A DNA stretch of 64,000 nt, taken from positions 1-64,000 of the forward strand of contig NIVC01002706.1 in NCBI GenBank assembly GCA_002269645.1, written 5' to 3'. The position numbers and the translations under genes were made by a program. Positions 1 through 11,712 of the stretch are shown here, one piece after another (within the stretch, counting starts at the first letter, position 1; every line of letters begins with the position of its first letter). The notes beneath the pieces were generated by a model, which made no database searches, was not told the origin of the DNA, and saw only the letters and a program-made list of their open reading frames with translations. Origin of the DNA: Macrostomum lignano. Taxonomy: Eukaryota.

Positions 1-3000
1 CGTCGGTGCCGAAAAAGTGCACAGGAAATGTGCCCTTCTGATGGGCCATTCGTTGTATGTTCAGCGGCGCGTGGTCTGGATAGAGTATCTCGCAGGGCCA
101 CCAGCGGAAGTGGCCAACCTTCACCCAGACGATGTCGCCGTAGCGAGGCTGCCTACCCATACGGCAATCGTCGCAGGTGAACTGCTCGGGCAGCTCCGAC
201 AGCTTCAGGCACTCTGGATGGAACGAGGCCGGGCACCGCTCGCAGCAGACTAAAGAGCCGCCCTGTGTGAACAGAAGCAGGTTAAATATGAAACCGGAAT
301 CTGGGTTTGAATATGCTGAAATTTGCGTTGTCCCAGAGAGTCTTTGCATGTGACACAGTTAAGAATAGGGAAGAAGTGCCTCTAGACAAAACACTGAAAC
401 GAATTTGGGACGACTTAACTGACTTTGGGGCCGCAGAGTCGTATCTGAGGTGTGTTACAGTTGCTGTTGAATCACCGAGTTGAATCTCAAGTGCATCTGC
501 GTCTGCATTTTATGAATTTGAATAGTATTTCGCATTCATAACAACTATATTTAGTCTACTTCAGGTAGTAGAAAGTTAAGCGTTGACACAACTATTTACG
601 AGGGTTGTCCCAGAAATAGCGGGGAAAACCAGTACAGAGGCTGACTGTGATATTCGAATTTGATGCAACTTGTGTCATAAGTAGAAAAAAATGTAAAATG
701 TCAATTTATTTAAAAGTTATGCCTATAATTAGAACAGGGGTTAGGGGGTAGAGTTACACCAAGTCGAAAGGTCTGCAAAGTCGGTCACGCAGCATCGCCA
801 TCGCCCTTGACTGATGACGAAGTCACCCCTCAGCCTGTAGCTTTTCTGCTTCTGCTTCTGCTTCAGATTAGCTTCTGCTTTTTTCGAGGGCTTATGTGCT
901 CTTTTGTTTCTTTTCAGCTTCTTCGTTTGCTTTTGTTTTCGAATCGATGGTTCTGACTAAACATCAAAAGTTTAGTCTATGGCCAGCATAGTAGGCTCGA
1001 CTTGGTGTAACTCTACCCCCTACACCTTTTTTTTTAATTATAGGCATAACTTTTGAATAAATTGACATTTTCACCCCATTTAAAAAGCAAAACAACCGTT
1101 GCATTTTTTGCTACTTATGACACAAGTTGCACCAGATTCGAATATCACAGTCAGCCTCTGTACCGGTTTTCCAGCTATTTCTGGGACAACCCTCGTAAAT
1201 GACCTTTTCTCAGGTTTTTTACGATTCTGCAGCTCACGTGATGCCCTCGTGACTCAACAGTCGCCTCTCCGTCGCATTGCAGTCGTTTGAGTCACTAGTG
1301 AGTTGTTTGCAATGACTCTTTAGTAATTCAACAGAATCGGTTGGGGAACTGGGGCAGCCAAAAGTAATCGACTTAAAAAGAATCGCCTACTAACTAACGA
1401 GTAGTAAGAGAACGCTTTTAATAGAATTTCTTTGTAATTAGCGCAAATATGCGCTTATAAATACGTGAAACTGTGAAATGAGTCAACAAGAGAGTTTGCA
1501 GATCAGCGGCTAATACCTGCTTTTTAGAAGCTGGCACAATGTGTTCAATCACTTATTCTTAAGACTGAAAATAATGTCCTAAGTTTGACCTGAATATTAA
1601 GGTATTAAGGTAAGTAAGATAATCCGTTGAAGGCGGTCGTAGCCCAGTAGTCTAGCCCGGCGCTTTTATGTGCCAACAGCCCAGGCTCGATTCCAAGTGC
1701 AGTCACCTTAATTTGTTGCTAAATTGGAATCTCGGCTTGGCTCTGCTCGTGCAATTAACGGCCTTGAGGGCCAACCCCCAAGGCACAGTGAAGTGTGTAT
1801 GCCTAACGATAAATAAAGTTAGGGCCGCTGTACACTCCTGTGTGAGTGTGTGCCTGTGCGTATGACTGCGTACGTATCCGCGCGCTTGTATGCCTGCTCA
1901 GGGGAGTCGGCGGAATTGGCAGCTATGCCTCTCGCCGGCTGTGTGACAGTCGCTTAAAGTGCGCCAGGGTGCACACAACCCCCCTGCCTCTAATAAACAG
2001 CTAATTTGATAAATTATTCTTATTAAGTAATTAATGAGCCATATCTCTCCTATTGAAGATTCTCGTCTCACCTGACCTGGACTATAAAGTAGGGAGAGCA
2101 GTTGAATATATCCCAGTTCCAGCCTACCTGTGAGCAGATGAAGCACCAAGCCACATTAATAGTCTTAGCCGCTTTGTCGCGCAGATGCTCCGGACAGACT
2201 ATGCAAGTCTCGGACAGCTCCTCGCTGCCGGCTGGCACGCAGAAATCGCCGCCGTGATAAGCGGCCGGACAGCGGACGCAGCGGACCAGCTTGGCGGCCC
2301 CGGTGGCCCGGCCAGAGGAGCCCGGAGCTGACGACGGTGCATCAACGCAGCAGGCCAGACAGGCGTGCTGCGGGCAGACAAGGCCGCGGCTCTCCACCTT
2401 AGCGAAGGGCATGGAGCCGGCGCAGGCGTCGTGGTACTGCTTGCCGCAGCCGTTGATGTGGCAGCGAAGCATCCGCTTGTCGCCGGCGTCCTGTTTGCAC
2501 AGAAAGCAGAGCTGGCGACCGGCTGCACAGTCGGCGCATTTCTTAGCGCCAGCCTCGCCATCGGCAGCATCGGCGGCCGCGGCGCCGTCGGCCAGACAGA
2601 CAGCGTGGAACTGCAGACAGCAGGAATCGCACGGGATGACTTCGCCGCCGAGTTCGCATTTTGAGCACACGGGGGCCCGTTTAACGCTGCTCGGCGCGTG
2701 TAGCAGGCGCTGGAACTCGAATCGGCCGTCTGGCGCCGCCACGGGCGTCGGATCACCGTTGGACTTCTCCGTGCCGCCGCTCTCGCCGCTGTCGCTGTCC
2801 TGCTCGGTGGCGCCGTTTTGCTGCTGTTGCTGCTGAACGGCCGACTTGGATGGCCGGCCTCGGCGGCGCTTCGCTGCGGCCGGAGCGTGGCCGTTCTTGA
2901 CTTCGACCTCGTCAGCGTCGTCGCCTACCCCGCCGATGACATCATCAAACACGGACTCTAGCTGAGTGGCGCCATCGGCGGCGCTGCCAGGCGGAGGCGG

Positions 3001-3747
3001 CGAGGCCAGAGTGATTTTGGTCCGTTTAACTCGCTTTTTGGGCGGGCTGGCGCCGCTGAACTGCGACATCTCGGCCACCTCAGCCGTCGTTGAAGCCGAC
3101 GCAGCCGGACTGCAGACGCCGCTAGCCGAAGGTTTGCCAGCCTCGTCAGTCGATGACGACACGGATTTGCGCGGACGGCCGCGTTTCTTACCAGCCGCAG
3201 GCGCCGGCGTTCGCTGCACCTGCTTGGCCGGCTTGTCGACATAGACCCGGCCGAACCTGGCCATGCGCTCCGCCCGGTCCATAGCGTAGGCCAGTTCCGC
3301 CTCGCGCCAGGAGGCCTCCCAGGCTGGCGCAATTCTGGCCTTCACGTCGAAATGCGCGGCTGCCGATTTGCCGCCCTTGCGAGTCTGCTCAGCCACGTAA
3401 TCATCGTAGCCATCCTTGCCCTCGTAGGGTAACAGGTTGACATTGTCAGGCACCCAGGCTCGTTCGACTAGCGGGCCAAAGAATTGCACGTGATAGGCAA
3501 CCTTGGCTTTGCCGTGAGGCCGGCAAATGGTATTGCCAGAATGGGGGCTATAGTAAATCATGCAGGGCCAGTACGGGTGGCTGCCAACCTTAGCCCAGAG
3601 CATGTCGCCAAGGCGGTACTTCTGTCCCTCGATTAGTTCCGGCTCCACCGGCTCCGACTGCGACACAAACTGGAGCGAGTGTTGCGGCGGCAGCGCTGAT
3701 GCCTCCTCCTGTGACACATCGGCAGCGGGTGGACTGAACTCTTCCAT
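1..3747 (-). CDS. NSD: NSD-family (NSD1/2/3, Mes-4) histone H3K36 methyltransferase, 5' part; coding exons 3747-2128 and 262-<1
   Basis: PWWP1 (YRLGDMLWAKVGSHPYWPCMI) followed by a PHD-finger cluster ending NVAWCFICSQ|gtaggc. My translation of 262-1 after the cacag acceptor gives GGSLVCCERCPASFHPECL...YGDIVWVKVGHFRWWPCEI...FPVHFFGTD, i.e. the rest of that PHD plus PWWP2. The phase-0 junction rebuilds the NSD motif CSxGGSLxCC. The SET domain would lie outside the window. Confidence 0.95.
599..1195. mobile_element. Tc1/mariner-type MITE with ~170-bp terminal inverted repeats, in an NSD intron
   Basis: TA|CGAGGGTTGTCCCAGAAATAGC ... GCTATTTCTGGGACAACCCTCG|TA. The inverted match continues inward (about 599-770 vs 997-1195). 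TA on both flanks; no ORF. Confidence 0.88.
1632..1980 (+). mobile_element. tRNA-derived SINE, family A, near full length
   Basis: A-box-like TAGCCCAGTAG and B-box-like GGCTCGATTCC head. The body is near-identical to copies at 15085, 47393 and 48495. Confidence 0.8.
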
Positions 3748-3884
3748 GTCTGCAATAAATAGTAATTGGAGACAGACATTTACAGCACAGTGTAAGTATA
3801 TTCCCCTCTGGGAGCCCATTGTTTGAACTTGAAAACCATGCGAAGCAACAGAAATTAGCATTCAATATAATTTTGCCTATAATA

Positions 3885-4094
3885 ATAATAATTGATTACA
3901 CATGCCTTAATGGGCAGATGTGCAACTGACAGCTCAGCCGCAGCTATTGTGCAGCACATCTGAAGGCTGTGCATGGCTGTTCAGTCCAACGACTAGGTGG
4001 TCACCATGCACACTCAATTACCCCATCTAATGCTGGCACCCATTTTACAGTTGGGTGAACTGAAGCAATGCAGAGTTAAGTGTCTTGCTCAAGG
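3885..4094 (-). mobile_element. CORE-type SINE, 5'-truncated
   Basis: Minus strand reads CCTTGAGCAAGACACTTAACTCTGCATTGCTTCAGTTCACCCAACTGTAAAATGGG, resembling the MIR/CORE block. Tail matches the copy at 51135-51390. Confidence 0.7.
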
Positions 4095-7000
4095 CAGGTA
4101 TGGATAAAGAAAATTTTGAACAAGGAGCACAGATTACTAAGGTATATGTATATGCATACAATAATGTGTATTTTCCATAGCTATCTAAATTAAATAAAAC
4201 TAAACTATATATTTGCAATAGCTAGCCAATCCAATTGATATCTGGCTAGGATCAAATGTTGCAAACCAAAGGTATATTGCAAAATTGACAACAAACTAAA
4301 GATTTTTCATTTTTGGGTAAGTTGCAAAATTAAATTGCATTTTAAGTCAAAACTAAGTCTTATAACAAGTGTAATTTTAGAAGTCGCACATATATGACCT
4401 AAACCAATGATACTAAATGCATTAAAAAGTTATTATAAGGTTTTTAAAATCACACATAACAATAAATGAGAAAGCGAAAGAATGCTTAGCAATTATAACA
4501 AATTAACTTTTTAGACATGCTTGACTCATATATTGTGTAATACTAAAAACTATATAAAACTTTCTTATAGTTTTTCAAACACAATACCTTTAGATCCTTA
4601 TTGATATAAATAGCTATTTAAATTTATAATAAAAAGGCTATAGGCCTAGCCTATAGGGAAATATTTTTTTATAATAAAGACAATTAGTTTAGCTAGCTTA
4701 AATTTAAATCAATTGCTATATTACAATTACTTCTTTAAAATATACTTATGCATATGATCTAAAAATAGTTAAATAGTATTAGGCCTATATATTTGAAATT
4801 TAAAATCAATAAAATATTAGGGCCTAGGTCTATTATACACTGACAACAACTTAAAATAATCATATTTTCTACAAGTTAAATTTAGCTTAAATAATATGAA
4901 TTTAATTTTATATTTTAATTTAAATGAATCTATATACTAAAATGGTCTGTTGGTATCTATCAATCTATCTATTTATCTATTTAGGCCTATCTAGGTCTAG
5001 GTAGGTATGCGATCAATTTTAACAAATTTTGGTTTAAAAATTAAAGACAAAAATAGGCCTATACTAAAAATAAATAAACTTTATTTAGTGATCTTAGGCC
5101 TAAATGTGAGCAAATTATTTTTTCTTTGGGCTTTGGTACTTACTATTGCCATGACCCCATATATTATTTGTTTTTGGGATAAATTCTATCCTAGAATTAA
5201 AAAGTTAAGACCACCAAATAAAATAATTATATTTTGAACAAAAAGTAAAAAAAATAAAATGTGCATGCCTACACTACAAATCTTCATTAAATTTTTTCTT
5301 TCTCCTTGTCCTTGAGGGAGTTTTAGTTAATAAATTAAAATTAGTGCTAATATAATAATTAATATTATTATTACTACATTTAAATCCGAAATTTCAATAA
5401 GATAATAGGGGGCTTACACTCTTGACAAAAATCCACTGATTCATTTATATATCCTGGCCTTAATAATTAGGCTTTTTTAAGGCTTAATTCAATGTGTACT
5501 GTGTACAATGTGTAGTCATGAACTATAAATCATAATAACAGGCCTGAGACTTGCATAAGAAGCTAGGCTAGCCTAGCTTTTTCAGATCAAGTAAATCTTG
5601 GGTTTTAGAGCCATTATCACACAGTTTGGGCCTTTTCATATTGCTTGTTCTAATTCTAGAAGTTAGAACTAGATCCAATTTGTAAAGTATAACTTTTTGT
5701 CCCCTAAACTAGTGGGAGGGATATGTGCTAGGCCTATAAACAATCAAGTTGAAATTATTGAATGGGAATGAATAGGGCCTAGGGCTAGGGCTAGGCCTAG
5801 AAATAGCCAAGAGGAAAGTGAAAAATTGTGCAGTGAGGCTATTTAGGCAGTCAAACATTCAACAAAGTTAAGTGTTAGGCCTATACTTTTACTGGTTTTT
5901 ACTGGTTATATTTACTGGTTTTACAGGTTATACTGGTTTTTTTAAGATCCGAACCGATTCCTGTTCTGAAATCAGTAATAGTAATATAAAAAGCCTAAAC
6001 ATTATAGCCTGCCGCCGGCAATTGGTCATTAAATCTTGCCGGTGTCATTTTCAAATTGTTTTTGTCACTAGGTTAAGCAAAGTTAAAAATAAAACGTACT
6101 GATAAAAGTAAGTATTTGTATTGTAATAACGTTTTATATTCTTCTAAAAGTGCAGCAAAAGTGCAAAAAGTAAAATAAAAACATTTAGACTTAGACCCTG
6201 TCTGCTTCCTTAATTAATTTTGATTCTCACTGAGCCTGACTGTGCACTATTGAACCTATAGTAAGATTGATTGAGATCAGGACTCAGTTTTGAACAAATC
6301 ATGAACTGAATCACCAATCAAAATAAGAACTGCAGGACTTATTAATGTTGTTGACTATCAGCATGTGCAGTTGCTAGAAAGCAGGCATAGACAGTTTTGC
6401 ACTGTTTTGGATTAGTAGGACATTTTTGGGATAATACATAATTTTATACATATTATTAATAAAACAAACCAATGACAATGTCGATGTGCTAGGTGATATA
6501 GTAATAGTATATTGGCATATCGCATTAGCATAGTATAGGCCTATGGTCATGTATGTATGATATGATCTATAGATACTATAGATCTATAGATTAGTAGGCC
6601 TACTGAGGGCAATGTCCATATAAATTTTGTTATTGTTTTTTTTCTAAGTTTTAATTATAATTAAAAAACTTGATTTTTTAAGTCTTAACTAACTGTTATT
6701 TGTTTATTATCTAATAATTATTATCTAATCTAGGAGTAGCTAGTTGCAATTTTCTATTATATTTAATATTTTATAATATATAGCCTACATTTAACCCTAA
6801 TATTGAATAGGCCCTAAGAATATAAGATTAGACCAAGGTGCTCTAAAAGAAGCTCAACACAGTTTTCTATTATGCTCTATATTTTACAACCAAAATTTTA
6901 ACCCTAATAATATTGGATTTAAGATTAGACTTAAGGTACTCAAGAGATAGCTTGATGCAGCACATGTGAATGTGGCTCTAGTTTGTATCATGTTTGGCAT

Positions 7001-7699
7001 CTGCCACAGCTCTAGCAGTAAGACAACTAACTCCCTATACATGTACTAGCAAGTGCACCTAATGTGGCCTTTTGTCCTACTGAATGAGCTATATCTGCAG
7101 CTTGCTAGGCATGCCATCTGGGCCAAAGCCTATTGCCTAGAGCCACTGTAGGACATCTTGCTATAGATTCCGCAGTGACCACGCAGGCATGGACAAGGAC
7201 AAGTGGCTTGCTACATTGACCATATTTTTTATAATGAATAAGCACTTAGCTAGGCAGCTAGTATGAAGCATATTAGAGACCTTGCCCTAAAAAGGGTACA
7301 ATTTGATACCCCCTTTTTTGCCACTTGTGTGGTCAATTTGGGACATGATATCATTATTTATTATTAATATTATTATTATTATATATCCTAGTTACAAAAT
7401 CACAAGTATTTTTTTAACAAAAACTCCTTAGCAGGATTAGGCTTTTTATATACAAGCTATAAATTCTTACTCTATTCTGGGCTAAAGCCCAAAGGCAAGG
7501 TTTATTTTTTATTGAATCTAAACTAAAAGGATTATATACATAAAGCCAAAGGATAGTGGCTTTATTATATCCATTTTAAGTCATCTAATATCAATATTGA
7601 ATTTTCTTTAAATGATCTATTGAAATTTTATGCATTAGATACTAACTTAACTAATTAGTGATTATTTTTCATGCTTTTCTTAGTCTATTTTGCATCTCT

Positions 7700-10155
7700 A
7701 TGGACTGCTTCAAATCTGCAATGCGCTCTGCACCAGTACCTGACTCGGGGACAATGACAGGCACTAGCAATGATAACAAAAGGCAAAGCAAGTCACATAA
7801 GCAGCAGTCTCAGTCAGCTGCAAAGCACTCTAGCAGTGAGCGCCATCAGGCACAGCAACTTGACATGCCTTATGATCCAATTGACCTAGGCATTGAGGAG
7901 GCCAACAAGTCAGAACTGCCTGACCAAGATCTATTTCTAGAAGATGAAAATCATGAGGAACAGCAGCAGCAGCGTGACTGGTGGGAGACACTTTTCCCAG
8001 CCAGATTTGGGCTGGATTCGGACCCTCTTCAGATGGCCGAAATTGAAGCCCACTCTGATGCTCAATCGCTCCGAGTTGATCCCATGACTCCACCTGGTCG
8101 GCATGGCAACGCTTACAGGTATTACTGGCTGAGTTTTAGCAACAAGATTTTAGTGAACGAGGCTAGCTACCTTAAGCCCCTTGTTGGGGAGGCAGCGAAT
8201 GAAGTGAATATAAAGCTTTCCCAAAAAACTCCTAACCTGCGTCATATGCTCTTAAACATTGGCATCTCTGAATTCCCTCTTCAGTCTGATAAAGTTTTTC
8301 CTGTTTTGACTGGGAAATTTTTCGCCTAATCTCTCGTCCCCTGTTTAACAAATAACACTCTATGGCCTATACCTTGTGGGTTGGCTCTGTTCTATACCAG
8401 TATATGCCTATAATATCTTATCTTAACCTGTCCGTCTCAGGCGTGTCTGGGAGCGAATGCAACGCGATGAAGCTGCTGCGGCAGCCGCGGTGGCGGCGGC
8501 GGCGGCGGCGGCTGCTGCTGCTTCTACCAGACGGTCATCGCCGCACTCGTCTACCGAAGCGGACGACGTCGGCGCGCGCAGCCGGCAGTCGCGTCGCGAA
8601 CGGCAGCATTTGTCAAGTCGCGACAAAGATGAAGGCGACTCCGATTGCTTGTGGACCGCCGAGGAGTTGCGGCTGTTCCGCGGTGAGCTGGCCAAGTTGA
8701 AGAAGGAGAATCACGTGTTGAAAGCGGCTGTCAGGTTCCAGGCTGAGCGGTGAGTCCAATTCAGTATATGCAATTGCAAATTAGGGCAACCCCCTGCACC
8801 TTAGCTACCTGTGTCAGACAATATTGCCCTTTTTCCCTCTGCACCTTAGCTACCTGTGTCAGACAATATTGCCCTGTTTCCCTCTGCACCTTAGCTACCT
8901 GTGTCAGACAATATTGCCCTGTTTCCCTCTGCACCTTAGCTACCTGTGTCAGACAATATTGCCCTGTTTCCCTCTGCACCTTAGCTACCTGTGTCAGACA
9001 ATATTGCCCTGTTTCCCTCTGCACCTTAGCTACCTGTGTCAGACAATATTGCCCTGTTTCCCTCTGCACCTTAGCTACCTGTGTCAGACAATATTGCCCT
9101 GTTTCCCTCTGCACCTTAGCTACCTGTGTCAGACAATATTGCCCTGTTTCCCTCTGCACCTTAGCTACCTGTGTCAGACAATATTGCCCTGTTTCCCTCT
9201 GCACCTTAGCTACCTGTGTCAGACAGTATTGCCCTGTTTCCCTCTGCACCTTAGCTACCTGTGTCAGACAATATTGCCCTGTTTCCCTCTGCAACTTAGC
9301 TACCTGTGTCAGACAGTATTGCCCTGTTTCCCTCTGCACCTTAGCCACCTGTGTCAGACAATATTGCCCTGTTTCCCTCTGCACTTTAGCTACCTGTGTC
9401 AGACAATATTGCCCTGTTTCCCTCTGCACCTTAGCTACCTGTGTCAGACAGTATTGCCCTGTTTCCCTCTGCACCTTAGCCACCTGTGTCAGACAATATT
9501 GCCCTGTTTCCCTCTACACCTTAGCTACCTGTGTCAGACAATATTGCCCTGTTTCCCTCTGCACCTTAGCTACCTGTGTCAGACAATATTCCTATTTCCC
9601 AGGCTTAGCTGCCTGGACACGAAGTGCCGCTCTCAGAGCCGCCAGTTGGAGGCGAAATCCGGCGCCGCCGGCGAGTCCGCCAAGGCGTGCGAGCGCTACC
9701 GCATCCTGGCGCAGGGTCTGCAGGCGCGCACCGACGATGCCGAGCGTCGTTGCGCCGAATTACGCGCCGACCTGGCGCTAGCCATAGAAGAGCGCGATCG
9801 GGCGCGCGAAGAAGCACGCGACGCTAACCAACGTCTGCAACAGGCCGGCGCTAAGTTGGCGCGATTTCGCCAGCGCGAATCCAATCTGCGCGACGAATTG
9901 GCGCGGGATTTTGCACTGCGCGAAGAGCAAATCCGCGCCGAGCAGGCCGACCAGCTGCGCCAGCTGGAAGATTCGCTGGCCGACCTGCGCGCAGAGCTGC
10001 GCAAAGAGCGCTACCTGCACAGCGCCACCAGACTGGGCCACCAGCAGCTGCTCAGCCATTTCTCTTCGTCAACTGGCGGTAGTCATGGCAACGCTGTGTG
10101 CAGCGCCTGCGGCGTCTCGGCCACTTCGGGTGATACGGATATCCGCCTGTTCTAG
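7700..10155 (+). CDS. Coiled-coil protein, CCDC160-like; exons 7700-8118, 8441-8749, 9603-10155 (426 aa)
   Basis: Donors TACAG|gtatta and GAGCG|gtgagt and acceptors gtctcag|G and ttcccag|G give consistent phase-2 joins; total 1281 nt, divisible by 3. Long heptad region. WWETLFPARF and ELRKERYLHSATRLGHQQLLSHFSS recall the N- and C-terminal motifs of CCDC160 (from memory, not searched). Confidence 0.65.
8791..9599. repeat. 45-bp minisatellite, ~18 copies, filling intron 2 of the coiled-coil gene
   Basis: Unit GCCCTGTTTCCCTCTGCACCTTAGCTACCTGTGTCAGACAATATT. Confidence 0.97.
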
Positions 10156-10160
10156 TTAGA

Positions 10161-10750
10161 GATTTGGAGTAGGGTGTGGGATTGGGGGTAGGGTGTGGGA
10201 TTGGGGATAGGGTGTGGGATTGGGGTAGGGTGTGGGATTGGGACTAGGGTGTGGGATTGGGGGTAGGGTGTGGGATTGGGACTAGGGTGTGGGATTGGGA
10301 CTAGGGTGTGGGATTGGGACTAGGGTGTGGGATTGGGACTAGGGTGTGGGATTGGGACTAGGGTGTGGGATTGGGGGTAGGGTGTGGGATTGGGACTAGG
10401 GTGTGGGATTGGGACTAGGGTGTGGGATTGGGGATAGGGTGTGGGATTGGGGGTAGGGTGTGGGATTGGGACTAGGATGTGGGATTGAGGGTAAGGGTGT
10501 GGGATTGGGGTAGGGTGTGGGATTGGGGGTAGGGTGTGGGATTGGGGGTAGGGTGTGGGATTGGGGGTAGGGTGTGGGATTGGCGGTAGGGTGTGGGATT
10601 GGGACTAGGGTGTGGGATTGGGACTAGGATGTGGGATTCAGGGTAAGGGTGTGGGATTGGGACTAGGATGTGGGACTCAGGGTAAGGGTGTGGGATTGGG
10701 ACTAGGGTATGGGATCGGTCTAGGGTGTGGGATCGGCCTAGGGTGTAGGG
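10161..10750. repeat. 19-bp G-rich minisatellite immediately after the stop codon
   Basis: Unit TAGGGTGTGGGATTGGGAC with variants. Confidence 0.95.
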
Positions 10751-11529
10751 TTTCGGGTGTGCAAGAAGTTTGCTACAGGTGTATGTATATCCTTAATACG
10801 AGCTAGTTATTTGACTTTAATTCTCACAATTTTTTACCATCTTAGAGAGGTTCTCGTTATAGTAATTTATTCTAATTGATTTGTTTTGACTTCGCATCTT
10901 TATAGCAAGGGACTCAGTGTGTTTACTATGTTTCCAAGTATGCATTTTACTATTAGCTTATTATCAGCATGCTTAATGTTTAGTACTTTCTGTATAATGA
11001 GTTAATTATTTTGAATACAGCAGAGCTGTCAAGTAATCTTATTACAGTAATCTTATTCACTTTAATTGCATTTGCTATTGTTAGCCTAAAAGTACTTTGT
11101 ATTCCGTCTTCTATTTCTGCTGTCTTGATTGTCTGATTAATATTTAATTACAGCCTTCTGGAAAGGAGCATATTCTACAGGTGGAAAAATCAATCATGCA
11201 TAACACTGTTTCAGTTATTCCACTTTTTAAAACTCTGATTGCGTCCAAATCTTCAATAAATTTACTGTTTTGATTTTGATAGTTATAGAGAAAATTAATG
11301 AAAATATATATTGTTGACTTGACTTTTGAATGGAAGTTCTCATAAAATTTAAAGGCTTGTTTTTCAGCTGCTTTCCTCCTAATTAGCTACTTATAGTAGG
11401 TCGACAGAACGCGCAGGATTCCCTGCCGAAATGTGACCTTCTGTGCAATATTTTCTCCTCCTTACAGAAGAGGGAAACTCATTGATGAGCGCATTGGTAT
11501 TGGTGGAAGAGATTTTGGCTAAGTTAATA

Positions 11530-11712
11530 CGAGGGCTGTCCAAAAAGTAGTGTTACTTTTCACTATATCTCTTGTTCTGCTGATCCAAATAACATTATTT
11601 TGCACAGATTTATAGCGGCAACTCTCTTCTTTATGTTGACTTTAACATCATAAAAAACAGACAATGGAAAAAAAGTTATAAACTAAAATGTAGTACTTTT
11701 GGACAGCCCTCG
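11530..11712. mobile_element. Short Tc1/mariner-type MITE (183 bp)
   Basis: TA|CGAGGGCTGTCCAAAAAGTA ... TACTTTTTGGACAGCCCTCG|TA; same terminal CGAGGG as the 599-1195 element. Confidence 0.85.

Noticed and set aside
1245-1300. Short inverted repeat GTGACTCAA...TTGAGTCAC followed by TAG as a Helitron 3' end or MITE
   Set aside because: No matching 5' end, TSD or second copy in the window.
2199-3332. Alternative-frame and antisense ORFs over NSD, KCNN exon 1 and the TLR (e.g. 2291-2836, 13215-13805, 40329-41111, 41840-42712)
   Set aside because: Shadow ORFs expected in ~70% GC coding DNA; no recognisable motifs.
8119-8329. C-terminal third of the 223-aa ORF as coding sequence
   Set aside because: A phase-matched donor at 8119 joins better to the exon at 8441, so I treat this as intron read-through (unconfirmed).
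8750-9781. Long repetitive ORFs over arrays (e.g. 8750-9781, 8761-9483, 12083-12769, 24212-24913, 27315-28017, 35588-36037, 36999-37628, 44321-45035, 51607-52138, 61468-61818)
   Set aside because: They are translations of stop-free micro- or minisatellites that lie in introns or intergenic DNA.
10161-10750. Interstitial telomere
   Set aside because: The unit is a 19-mer containing TAGGG, not tandem TTAGGG.
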